59,411 bases of DNA from Candidatus Buchananbacteria bacterium (GCA_041666505.1 JBAYGU010000002.1:1-59411); one strand, 5' to 3'; counted from the stretch's first letter, positions 27,439 through 35,963 are shown. Numbers and translations are program-made. The notes: generated by a model from the letters alone, not told the origin.

Positions 27439-27609
27439 ATGGAAGGTGACAATAAAGAATCGTTGAGGCAGCCGTGCGAAGTTTATTCCCGCGTCGTGGG
27501 CTATATCCGCCCCGTCGATCAATGGAATCCGGGCAAACAATCTGAGTTCAGCGACCGCTCGACTTTCGAGTCGGCCTGCTCGTGCAGCAACGAAGAACCG
27601 ATGATGTGA
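27439..27609 (+). CDS. stand-alone NrdD glycyl-radical C-terminal peptide (56 aa)
   Basis: It is too short for the ORF track. MEGDNKESLRQPCEVYSRVVGYIRPVDQWNPGKQSEFSDRSTF carries the class III RNR glycyl-radical signature (SRVxGY...WNxGKxxEFxxR). It has a ccatATG start context and an in-frame stop at 27421 upstream. Confidence 0.75.
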   Translation: MEGDNKESLRQPCEVYSRVVGYIRPVDQWNPGKQSEFSDRSTFESACSCSNEEPMM

Positions 27610-27645
27610 TTCAGTAGATTTGTGTCGTAATATCATGATTCAGAT

Positions 27646-28335
27646 ATGAAAATCGGCGGCTTACAGCCCGTAACACTCTTGGATTATCCGCAAAAATTGG
27701 CAGCGATCGTATTCACCGCAGGGTGCAATATGCGCTGCCCTTTTTGCTATAATTCCAAGCTGGTTTTGCCAGAATTACTCAGTGATGCTAATCTGTATAA
27801 GGAAGACGAGGTGATCGAGTTCTTGAAAAAACGCAAGAAATACCTTGACGGCCTAGTGATTACCGGCGGCGAACCGCTGCTGCAGGAAGACTTGGCTGAT
27901 TTTTTAAGAAAAATGAAGGCTGTCGGCTATGAGATAAAATTGGACACCAATGGCTTACAATCTGAAAAATTAAAAGATCTTTTGGAAGAAAAACTTGTTG
28001 ATTATATCGCCATGGATATCAAAGGGCCGCTAGAGAGTTATGAGAAATTCTCCGGTGTATCAGCTGGACAGGTTGCGAATAGCATAAAAATAATCATGAA
28101 ATCCGGTCTGCCTTATGAATTCCGTTCGACTGTCGTCAAAGGGCTGCATTCAAAAGAAGATATAACTGCTATGGCCAAGACAATCAAGGGCGCTAAGCTG
28201 TATTATCTGCAGAATTACATGGCGAGCACTCCTCTGGCCGGAGATAAATTCAAAGGCAAGGAATTTTTTCTGAAGGACATGGAAGACATGCGGCAGATCG
28301 CCGGGCAATATGTTAAGAAGTGCTTAATCAGGTGA
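27646..28335 (+). CDS. nrdG: anaerobic RNR activating radical-SAM protein
   Basis: Contains the CNMRCPFCYN cluster motif and GLVITGGEPLLQ. Confidence 0.9.
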   Translation: MKIGGLQPVTLLDYPQKLAAIVFTAGCNMRCPFCYNSKLVLPELLSDANLYKEDEVIEFLKKRKKYLDGLVITGGEPLLQEDLADFLRKMKAVGYEIKLDTNGLQSEKLKDLLEEKLVDYIAMDIKGPLESYEKFSGVSAGQVANSIKIIMKSGLPYEFRSTVVKGLHSKEDITAMAKTIKGAKLYYLQNYMASTPLAGDKFKGKEFFLKDMEDMRQIAGQYVKKCLIR

Positions 28336-28385
28336 TTTGACTTAATATTCGCATTATTTTATAATAAAGCCATAAAGATAAATTT

Positions 28386-28604
28386 ATGCGGAAAATTGAC
28401 TTAAAATCAGTCGTTTGGAAAGAAGGCGATTATTATGTTTCTCAGTGTTTAGAGGTTGATGTCGCCAGCTATGGTAAAACCAAAAAAGAAGCTCTGGCAA
28501 TGCTGCAAGAAGCTCTGGAGTTGTATTTCGAAGATATTCCAATTCCCCAAAAATCGGAAGTGAAGAATCCTTTTCTCACTTCCGTTACCCTTCAACATGC
28601 CTAA
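28386..28604 (+). CDS. hicB: HicB-like antitoxin
   Basis: 72 aa with a YYVSQCLEVDVASYGKTKKEALAMLQEALELYFE fold signature. It overlaps the next ORF by 8 nt (ATGCCTAA). Confidence 0.75.
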   Translation: MRKIDLKSVVWKEGDYYVSQCLEVDVASYGKTKKEALAMLQEALELYFEDIPIPQKSEVKNPFLTSVTLQHA

Positions 28605-28815
28605 GCCATTTTCACTTCGACTCGTACTAAAAGTCCTGAAGGAAAAGGGCTTTATTTTTGTTTCACAGAATGGATCGCATGCGAAGTATAGGAAAGAAAC
28701 AGAATTGATATTGACAGTCATCATACCGATACATGGCAAGGAAATAAAATTCGGCACATTCAAGTCGATTTTGCGCCAAGCAAACTTGACGGAAGATGAT
28801 TTTAAACGAGATTAA
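28597..28815 (+). CDS. hicA: HicA-like mRNA interferase toxin
   Basis: 72 aa; LKEKGFIFVSQNGSHAKYRKE ... IPIHGKEIKFGTFKSILRQANLTEDDF is typical of HicA/YcfA. Confidence 0.8.
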   Translation: MPKPFSLRLVLKVLKEKGFIFVSQNGSHAKYRKETELILTVIIPIHGKEIKFGTFKSILRQANLTEDDFKRD

Positions 28816-28848
28816 TTTTTTAGAATGATAAATAAATAACAAAAAACT

Positions 28849-29421
28849 ATGAAAAAAACAAGACTGATTGTCCTTATTGCAGCTACCATTGTTATTATTG
28901 GCGCTGGAGTTTATTTATGGCAGTATCAAAAGATATCGACAGAAACTAGAAAAGATTTGTCAGAAGGACAAAATGTCAATTCGCCAATAATCAAAATGAT
29001 TATTCCTCAAGAAGTAAAAATTTATTCGCCCCAAGAAGTAAATGAATTAAAAAAAGAGCTAATTGGTAAGGAAATATTTGTTAAAGGGTCTCTTGTCCAA
29101 AATGAGGTTGTTTGCACTCAATCCATTCCCGGGTCCTGCTCCAGCGGACTGGCGCTTAAGGAGATTAAAAAGGATATTTTAAGCAAGGTCGCCTCTGAAG
29201 CGGTTATCCTTAGAGGCGATGAAGTTAATAATATGTATAAGGGGAAGAAAGTCGAGTGTAATAATTCTGGCAGTTGCTATCCAATGACAATTGATACGAC
29301 GGATAAGTTACAAATGGGTAATATTTATATCGTCAAAGGAGTATGGAAGGAGAAAATATATTCCGGTATTAATTATGTTGAATATTATTTGGAAATAGGC
29401 GACTTTGAAAAAGCTGAGTAA
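28849..29421 (+). CDS. hypothetical secreted/anchored protein
   Basis: 190 aa with an N-terminal hydrophobic helix LIVLIAATIVIIGAGVYLW and scattered Cys residues. I recognise no family. Confidence 0.65.
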   Translation: MKKTRLIVLIAATIVIIGAGVYLWQYQKISTETRKDLSEGQNVNSPIIKMIIPQEVKIYSPQEVNELKKELIGKEIFVKGSLVQNEVVCTQSIPGSCSSGLALKEIKKDILSKVASEAVILRGDEVNNMYKGKKVECNNSGSCYPMTIDTTDKLQMGNIYIVKGVWKEKIYSGINYVEYYLEIGDFEKAE

Positions 29422-29438
29422 AAATTTTTTTTAATTGT

Positions 29439-29477
29439 ATGCCCGAAAATAATCCGAACGAAGAATTGAAAAAATAA
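29439..29477 (+). pseudogene. truncated duplicate of the 5' end of the 30373 ORF
   Basis: atgcccgaaaataatccgaacgaagaattgaaaaaataa (MPENNPNEELKK*) parallels MPENNMDEELKN at 30373. Nucleotide similarity extends over 29434-29493 versus 30365-30428. Confidence 0.6.
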
Positions 29478-29530
29478 TAGTGGAAAATTTCTCATTAGAC
29501 AAAACCACATATTTATAATATAATTCAACT

Positions 29531-29713
29531 ATGTCCAAACAACAGATAACGACAATTTTAAAAGCTTTCCAAAGAGCTCCGGCAAAAGGCAAATTGCGTC
29601 GGGAGTATTTCAATATGTTTGAAAAAAGAATGGCTTATCGCACAACTAAGAGTGAAAATCCGGAAGTGACGGAAAGAATGGTGAATAGGGTATTTCTTAA
29701 AATTAAATCCTAA
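29531..29713 (+). CDS. small protein, candidate Fic inhibitory antitoxin
   Basis: 60 aa, immediately upstream of fic. It contains TTKSEN, which fits the [ST]xxxE[GN] inhibitory-helix motif. Confidence 0.55.
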   Translation: MSKQQITTILKAFQRAPAKGKLRREYFNMFEKRMAYRTTKSENPEVTERMVNRVFLKIKS

Positions 29714-29728
29714 GCGCCCCCGAATACT

Positions 29729-30358
29729 ATGGCTAAACGGAAAGGCGAAACAAGCTACAAAGAAACCGCCTTTGGCATTATCCCGCGCTCCAAACTTATT
29801 CCTCTGGAAATCGAGGGAATAAAAAAGGCGTGGGATTTTGTTTTGAAGAAACGCGCCAAAGAGAAACTTCCCCTTACCTTGAATTTTATCAAAAAAATAC
29901 ACCAAGTCGGCTTTGGCTGGATTTTTTCAGAACTGGGTGGAAAATTCAGAAATGTTGATGTTACGGTTTCCAGGCATATACCGCCTAAATTTTATCTTGT
30001 GCCGCAGGAAATGGATAATTTTATGAAGGATCTGCAAGTCAGAATCAAGCATTTGCCTAAAATAGAAAATGAAAAATTCCTTAACGAACTGATTTTTCTT
30101 TTGGCCTGGTCGCATCATAAATTTCTCTGGATTCATCCGTTTCAGGATTACAACGGCCGTATTGGCAGATTGCTAATTAATGTTATTTTGCTTAACCTGA
30201 ACCTTCCGCCGATTGAGCTGAAAGCGGAGACAATGGCGGGCAGGAAAAAATATATTAAGGCATTGCAATTAGCCGATAATCTTGATTACAGGGAGTTAGA
30301 AGATATCATCCAATTAGCTATAGATGAAATGGCAAAAGAATTGGATTCAAATAAATAA
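29729..30358 (+). CDS. fic: Fic/DOC family protein
   Basis: HPFQDYNGRIGR matches the Fic active-site motif HxFx[DE]GNGRxxR, with Y at the G position. Confidence 0.85.
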   Translation: MAKRKGETSYKETAFGIIPRSKLIPLEIEGIKKAWDFVLKKRAKEKLPLTLNFIKKIHQVGFGWIFSELGGKFRNVDVTVSRHIPPKFYLVPQEMDNFMKDLQVRIKHLPKIENEKFLNELIFLLAWSHHKFLWIHPFQDYNGRIGRLLINVILLNLNLPPIELKAETMAGRKKYIKALQLADNLDYRELEDIIQLAIDEMAKELDSNK

Positions 30359-30372
30359 TCTATCATTGTATT

Positions 30373-30612
30373 ATGCCTGAAAATAATATGGACGAAGAAT
30401 TAAAAAATTTAATAGTCGAAAATTTGGCTGACACCAAGATTTTGAAAGAGGAGATTATTAAGATTAAATCATACATGCGATGGAGGACGATTATTTCAAT
30501 CGTTTGGATCCTGCTTTTCGTATTACCGCTGATCGCCAGTTTTTTCATTCTGCCTGATCTGCTCAAAGGCGTTTCGACCAGCATCATCATGCTGCAGAAT
30601 CTGGGGTTGTGA
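30373..30612 (+). CDS. small membrane protein
   Basis: 79 aa with one or two hydrophobic helices (IISIVWILLFVLPLIASFFILP). Confidence 0.55.
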   Translation: MPENNMDEELKNLIVENLADTKILKEEIIKIKSYMRWRTIISIVWILLFVLPLIASFFILPDLLKGVSTSIIMLQNLGL

Positions 30613-30623
30613 TCCGTCACTCT

Positions 30624-30726
30624 CGTCATCCCGGAATTACAATGTAATCATTGGAATATCCGGGATCCATGCTAATTTTAATTAATTTAAATCTAACCTG
30701 GATCCCGGGTCAAGCCCGGGATGACG
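30624..30726. mobile_element. MITE-like palindromic element A (cgtcatcccgg ... ccgggatgacg)
   Basis: The left arm is cgtcatcccggaattacaatgtaatcattggaatatccgggatcca. The right arm aacctggatcccgggtcaagcccgggatgacg is shortened. Same family as 41991-42040 and 48073-48201. Confidence 0.75.
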
Positions 30727-30802
30727 ATTTGTGGGGTGAGTAATGTGTTGCACTAAATTTTGTTTTCATGTTTTCTTGTTCTAGTGTTTTAATGACAACT
30801 AT

Positions 30803-31925
30803 ATGGATGAAATAATAACGCAAATCAAGGTCTTGGCCGACAGAATCAACGGCGCTTGGAGGTTACTTTGACCTCGATAAAAAGGGTTTAGAATTGAAGG
30901 TCTGGGAAGAGGAGATCAATGCTCCTGGTTTTTGGGATGATCAAGATCGTGCCAAAAGTTTGAGCCAAGCCTATCAAGGTCTGCAAGATGAGATAAACAC
31001 TTGGCAGAAAATCAAAATGGAAACGGGCGAGCTATTGGAGCTGGTGCGAATTTTTACGACGCCGGAAGAAAAAATGGATCATGAGCCCGAGATCAAGACA
31101 AAACTAGCTGAATTGGAAGGGCGTTTCGAAAAATTAGAATTTACAATATTATTTTCCGGCGGCTACGATGCTGGCAATGCGATCATATCCATCCACGCCG
31201 GCACGGGCGGAGTGGATGCGATGGATTGGGCGGGCATGCTGCCCCGCTCATACTTGCGATTTTGCGAGCGGCATAATTTCAGCGCCAAGATCGTCGATGA
31301 GACGGCGGGAACGGAAGCAGGAATAAAAAGCGTGACGATAGAAGTCAGCGGCGCTTACGCCTACGGCTGGCTCAAGAGCGAAAACGGCGTGCATCGCCTA
31401 GTGCGTATCTCGCCGTTTGATGCGGAGAAGATGCGCCATACCTCTTTCGCCTTAGTGGAAGTCCTGCCGGAAATCGAGGACGTAAAGAATATCGAGCTTA
31501 AAGATGAGGATTTAAAGATTGATGTCTTTCGTGCCGGCGGCCATGGCGGCCAGTCGGTCAATACTACTGATTCGGCGGTCCGCATCACCCATATCCCTAG
31601 CGGCATTCAAGTCAAATGCCAGAATGAACGCTCGCAGGTGCAGAATAAGGCGATGGCGATGAAGATCCTGAAAGCCAAACTGGCCAAATTCTACGAGGAG
31701 CAGGCCTCGGCTGATCTGCAGAAATTCAAAGGCGAGCATCGCAAAGCCGAGTGGGGCAACCAGGCGCGCTCTTACGTCCTCCAGCCATATCGCTTGGTCA
31801 AGGATCATCGCACCGAACACGAAACTAATGATACCGATCGCGTTCTGGATGGCGAGATCGATGATTTCGTCGAGGCTTACCTGAAGTGGAAAGCCATGCC
31901 TACCGGCAGGCAGGCGCAGCAGTAG
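30803..31925 (+). CDS. prfB: peptide chain release factor 2, requires +1 frameshift
   Basis: Frame 0 reads MDEIITQIKVLADRINGAWRLL then TGA (30869-30871). The +1 frame continues DLDKKGLELKVWEE... and contains the SPF and GGQ motifs. Confidence 0.9.
30858..30872 (+). promoter_or_regulatory. prfB programmed +1 frameshift site
   Basis: ggaggttaCTTTGAc: an SD-like GGAGG lies 3 nt upstream of the slippery CTT followed by TGA C, as in the classical RF2 site. Confidence 0.85.
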
Positions 31926-31932
31926 TGTTGTT

Positions 31933-33498
31933 ATGTCCAAATCTTCTGTATTTTTTTATTGCCTCGTGTGGTTCATAGCCGGAATTTTTTCCGGCCCGTC
32001 CGCAACGCTTCGCGTAGCGATGCGGGCGGGTTATTTTTTTGCCGTGCCGCACTTTTATATTTTCTGCATCATGTTATTTCTGATATTGATCATTATAATG
32101 CTGAAATTTTCAAAATTAGAATGTTCCTTGCCGTATGTCGCATGTTCATTATTTGTTATTTCCTTCATATTTGGCTTCTGGCGCTATAACCTGGCTCTGT
32201 CCGATTATTCAGATACAGCGAAGATTTATCATTACAGCAGTTCGTCAGTCGAATTTATCGGCAGGGTTAAGAATATTGATAGCCGCTTGGCCGGGCAGAA
32301 ATTGACAGTGCAGTCGGAATTATTACAGAAAGAATCCGGCTTAAAAAATATCAGCGGCCGAGTCCTTATATCTGCTCCGCTTTATCCGGAGTATCAGATA
32401 AATGAAAAAATAAGAGTCAAATGTTATTTAGAAAAGCCGGGTATGATCGAGGATTTTGATTACGGTAAATACCTGGCTAAGGAAAATATTTTTGCTACTT
32501 GCAGTTTTGCCGACTTGTCTTCGATTAGTTTGCCGAGCAGCTATTCATTCGCCGCGCAATTTTACCGCTTCAAGCGCTATCTGGCCTTGCGATTGAATGC
32601 GTCCGTCAGCGAGCCGGAAGTTTCTTTGCTGCGCGGCATACTTCTGGGTGACGGGCGCGGACTGCCGGAAGACAAAGCGAAGATGTTTTCCGATCTCGGC
32701 TTGACGCACATCATCGCCATTTCCGGCGATCACATCGCGATAGTGGCGGCGGCGTTATTGCAGCTTCTCATGTTATTCGGCTTGTCACGCATCAAGGCCT
32801 TTTGGCCTCTCGCTGCCATTATCGGCTTATATGTGTTGCTGGTCGGAGCGCCGGCTTCGGCGGTGCGCGCAGCGATTATGGCACTAAGCGTTATGTACGC
32901 GCAGAAAATCGGCCGAGCCAGCCAGATTAAGAATGTTCTCGTCTTGACGGCGGCCGTGATGATTTTATTTAATCCGCGCATCCTTTTGGGCGATGTCGGC
33001 TTCCAATTGTCGTTTATGGCCGTCTGGGGGCTTAGTTACATTTCCCCACTTTGGGCCACTTTTTTACAAAAAATGCCTAGCTTATTCAAAACTAAGGAGA
33101 TTCTCACCGCTACTTTAAGCGCGCAGATCGCTACCTTGCCTTTGCTGTTATTTTATTTCGGTAAGCTATCGATTATTTCCATCGCGGCTAATATTTTGAT
33201 CCTGCCGGTCATTCCGTTATTGACCATTTGGGGCTTGGCCAATTTATCTGTTTCCGCGATTTATCTGCCTCTGGGCAGGATTATGGGTTACGTCAGTTGG
33301 CTGCTGTGCGCTTATTGGATCAAGATTTCCGAGTTGCTGCATCAAGTACCATTCGGTTTTTTCAATCTTGGTAATTTCGGCCTGGTTGAATTAGTTTTAC
33401 TGTATGTATTGATTTTTGGCTTGTATTATTTGATGATCAAGCGTAATAAAAATATTAATTTTGCATCCAGGCCGGTCTTGACAGTATTCGATAAATAG
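31933..33498 (+). CDS. comEC: ComEC/Rec2 DNA uptake channel (OB + competence domains, no MBL domain)
   Basis: 521 aa and polytopic. An OB-like segment (VEFIGRVKNIDSRLAGQKLTV) is followed by a competence domain (LGLTHIIAISGDHI, GFQLSF). Confidence 0.85.
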   Translation: MSKSSVFFYCLVWFIAGIFSGPSATLRVAMRAGYFFAVPHFYIFCIMLFLILIIIMLKFSKLECSLPYVACSLFVISFIFGFWRYNLALSDYSDTAKIYHYSSSSVEFIGRVKNIDSRLAGQKLTVQSELLQKESGLKNISGRVLISAPLYPEYQINEKIRVKCYLEKPGMIEDFDYGKYLAKENIFATCSFADLSSISLPSSYSFAAQFYRFKRYLALRLNASVSEPEVSLLRGILLGDGRGLPEDKAKMFSDLGLTHIIAISGDHIAIVAAALLQLLMLFGLSRIKAFWPLAAIIGLYVLLVGAPASAVRAAIMALSVMYAQKIGRASQIKNVLVLTAAVMILFNPRILLGDVGFQLSFMAVWGLSYISPLWATFLQKMPSLFKTKEILTATLSAQIATLPLLLFYFGKLSIISIAANILILPVIPLLTIWGLANLSVSAIYLPLGRIMGYVSWLLCAYWIKISELLHQVPFGFFNLGNFGLVELVLLYVLIFGLYYLMIKRNKNINFASRPVLTVFDK

Positions 33499-33515
33499 CT
33501 GTCAAAATAATTGTG

Positions 33516-33524
33516 TGGTATAAT
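33516..33524 (+). promoter_or_regulatory. extended -10 promoter element
   Basis: TGgTATAAT lies 22 nt upstream of the ATG at 33546. It argues against the tracked GTG start at 33513. Confidence 0.45.
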
Positions 33525-33545
33525 ATAATAACTAACATACTCTAT

Positions 33546-34610
33546 ATGAACAAATCAATTTATCTTTTAATTTTCGCTTCGGCATTATTTTTTGCCGGTT
33601 CAGCCAAGGCGGCTGTGTATTCGCCGATGGCCGGCGACTTGGTAAAAATCGCAGCCAATACGGCGGTTTATATTATTGATGATAATCTTAAGCGGCATCT
33701 TTTCTCTAACGCGGTGACTTTCTGGTCATGGCATACCGGCACCTGGGCCGATCAAAAGATAAAAACAATCACGCAGACGGAATTCGATTCGTTCGATGCC
33801 GATACTAATGTCAAGGTGAGAGCCGGCTCAAATCTGATCCAATTTGATAATAGCAATAAGATTTATGCGGTTACCCCTGGCGGCGTTTTATGCGAGACGC
33901 GCGCTCTTTACGGCGCGGACTTCATGACGCGGGTGGTGAAGATTCAAAGCGCTTTCGAGACTGATTATATCAAAGACAATGCTTGCATCGTCGCTTCCGA
34001 TGGCAAATATCCCGATGGCTCTTTGATCCAATATGCCAAGTCAATCGATATCTGGCTGATCGATGGTGGAAAAAAGCGCCGAGTCTCCGCCGAGGGCTTC
34101 AAGGCTAACGGCTACAAGGACAGCTCATTATTGAAGAATGTGCCGGTATCGATGGTTTATGTAGCTGATAATAGAAGCATCAGCGCTATCGATTATAATC
34201 TCGGCATATTATACAGCCTGAATTATTCCCGCGCGGTCGATATCACTTCGCGGCCCGATTTCATCATTTCCGACATCATATTCCCCACAGCGCGGATAAT
34301 CGTCAATACGACGGCAGACATCAAATTGATCATAAAGAATACTGGCGGCAATCTGACGTCCGACCTGGGCTTGAAGAACATAATTTTTACCGGCCAGGAT
34401 TGGACCACAGCAAGCGTCGCTCATGCCAGCTATCCGACGACTATTAATCCGCTTAAGACCGGCCAGACTTTCGAAGTCACTTATACGGGAAAGTTTGTCG
34501 CTTCGGGAGAAAAGAATTTCACCGCCAAAGTCAATGAGCCGAGCGAGATCACGGAAATCAACAGCATCAACAATAGTTACGCGGAAAAAATCACCGTTTA
34601 CGCGCAGTAA
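33546..34610 (+). CDS. secreted protein with C-terminal CARDB-like domain
   Basis: It has a signal peptide (MNKSIYLLIFASALFFAGSAKA). The C-terminal segment DFIISDIIFP...IKLIIKNTGGN...NNSYAEKITV resembles CARDB/Ig-like adhesion domains. Confidence 0.75.
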   Translation: MNKSIYLLIFASALFFAGSAKAAVYSPMAGDLVKIAANTAVYIIDDNLKRHLFSNAVTFWSWHTGTWADQKIKTITQTEFDSFDADTNVKVRAGSNLIQFDNSNKIYAVTPGGVLCETRALYGADFMTRVVKIQSAFETDYIKDNACIVASDGKYPDGSLIQYAKSIDIWLIDGGKKRRVSAEGFKANGYKDSSLLKNVPVSMVYVADNRSISAIDYNLGILYSLNYSRAVDITSRPDFIISDIIFPTARIIVNTTADIKLIIKNTGGNLTSDLGLKNIIFTGQDWTTASVAHASYPTTINPLKTGQTFEVTYTGKFVASGEKNFTAKVNEPSEITEINSINNSYAEKITVYAQ

Positions 34611-34620
34611 TTAATATTCT

Positions 34621-35520
34621 GTGTTCACCAAAAATTATAAAAAACTTCTTGCCGCAGCCTTGATCATTGTTGCGCTGGCTGTCATCAGATTTTATCAAGC
34701 GCCGGGTAATTCCGGCGCTGTTTTGAATGCCTTCGATATTAATGCGACTTCGACCTCGAACAATCTAAAGTTGGTATTTTTCGATGTCGGACAAGGCGAT
34801 TCGTCTTTGATCATTACGCCGGATGGCGAGGATATTTTGGTCGATGGCGGGCCCGATAATAAAGTAGTACAGAAACTGGGTGAATATCTGCCATATAGCG
34901 ACAGAAAAATCGAATACATAATCTTGACGCATCCGCATGCCGATCACCTGACGGGACTTTTAGAGGTTTTGAAAAGATACGAAGTCGGCAAGATAATTAT
35001 GACCAGGGTCGTTCATACGACGAATGATTACCAGGAATTTTTGCGATTGATTAAAGAAAAAAATATTCCTGTTTTGATTATTGATAAGCAACAAGGCTTA
35101 GCAATCGGCGGCATCAATCTTGATTTTCTGGAGCCGGAAAAATCTTTCTTTGAAGCGAGGCCCGATAATCTCAATAATAGTTCGATTGTCTTTAAACTGG
35201 ATTTCGTTTCGACGACGGCGCTTTATACGGGAGATTTTGAAAATGAGGAAGATTTATTACTTTATTCTTTGACAACTTTGGCAGCTAATGTTTTGAAGGT
35301 CGGACATCACGGATCGACAAATGCCAATGATGAAGACTTCATTAAAGCTGTCGATCCTGAGTTTGCAATCATTTCTGTCGGCAAAGACAATAAGTTCGGC
35401 CATCCGCATTACCGCACGTTGCACTACCTGCAGGAAACTGGTGCGGAGATTTTCCGCACTGATGAATCGGGAGATGTCGTTATTATAAGTGATGGTCAAA
35501 AGTATCGGCTAGACAGGTAA
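34621..35520 (+). CDS. metallo-beta-lactamase fold nuclease (ComEC C-terminal domain homologue), membrane anchored
   Basis: GTG start. It has an N-terminal TM helix, FFDVGQGDSSLI and the HPHADH motif, plus KVGHHGS, as in the ComEC MBL domain. Confidence 0.8.
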   Translation: MFTKNYKKLLAAALIIVALAVIRFYQAPGNSGAVLNAFDINATSTSNNLKLVFFDVGQGDSSLIITPDGEDILVDGGPDNKVVQKLGEYLPYSDRKIEYIILTHPHADHLTGLLEVLKRYEVGKIIMTRVVHTTNDYQEFLRLIKEKNIPVLIIDKQQGLAIGGINLDFLEPEKSFFEARPDNLNNSSIVFKLDFVSTTALYTGDFENEEDLLLYSLTTLAANVLKVGHHGSTNANDEDFIKAVDPEFAIISVGKDNKFGHPHYRTLHYLQETGAEIFRTDESGDVVIISDGQKYRLDR

Positions 35521-35576
35521 TTTTTGACTTATTCTGCCAATTTTGCTAATCTTAGCTTAGAAAAAATAATTAATTT

Positions 35577-35963
35577 ATGGATATTATGAGCGATAAAAAA
35601 CTGAAGGTATTATTGGTCGAAGACGATCAGATGATCGTGGAGATGTATAAGTTAAAGCTGGAGACGGACGGTTTCGAAGTTTTTGTTACAGATAAAGGCA
35701 GCGAAGCGATAGAACTGGCCGGAAAGGAAAAGCCCGATATAATCTTGCTGGATATCATACTGCCGGAGATCGATGGCTTCTCGATTCTGCAGGAAATAAA
35801 ATCAGACAGTGCGACTAAGAAGATCCCAGTCATGATGCTTACTAATTTAAGTCAGGAGAGTGATCAGGAAAAGGGTACGCAGATGGGCGCCGCCGGATAT
35901 TTTGTTAAGGCTCAACATACCCCAGCTGATATAATGACAGAAATTAAGAAAATCCTGGCATAG
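35577..35963 (+). CDS. single-domain response regulator (receiver only)
   Basis: KVLLVEDD, DIILLDIILPEIDGF and PVMMLTNLS...GAAGYFVKA form a CheY-like receiver. There is no output domain. Confidence 0.85.
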   Translation: MDIMSDKKLKVLLVEDDQMIVEMYKLKLETDGFEVFVTDKGSEAIELAGKEKPDIILLDIILPEIDGFSILQEIKSDSATKKIPVMMLTNLSQESDQEKGTQMGAAGYFVKAQHTPADIMTEIKKILA

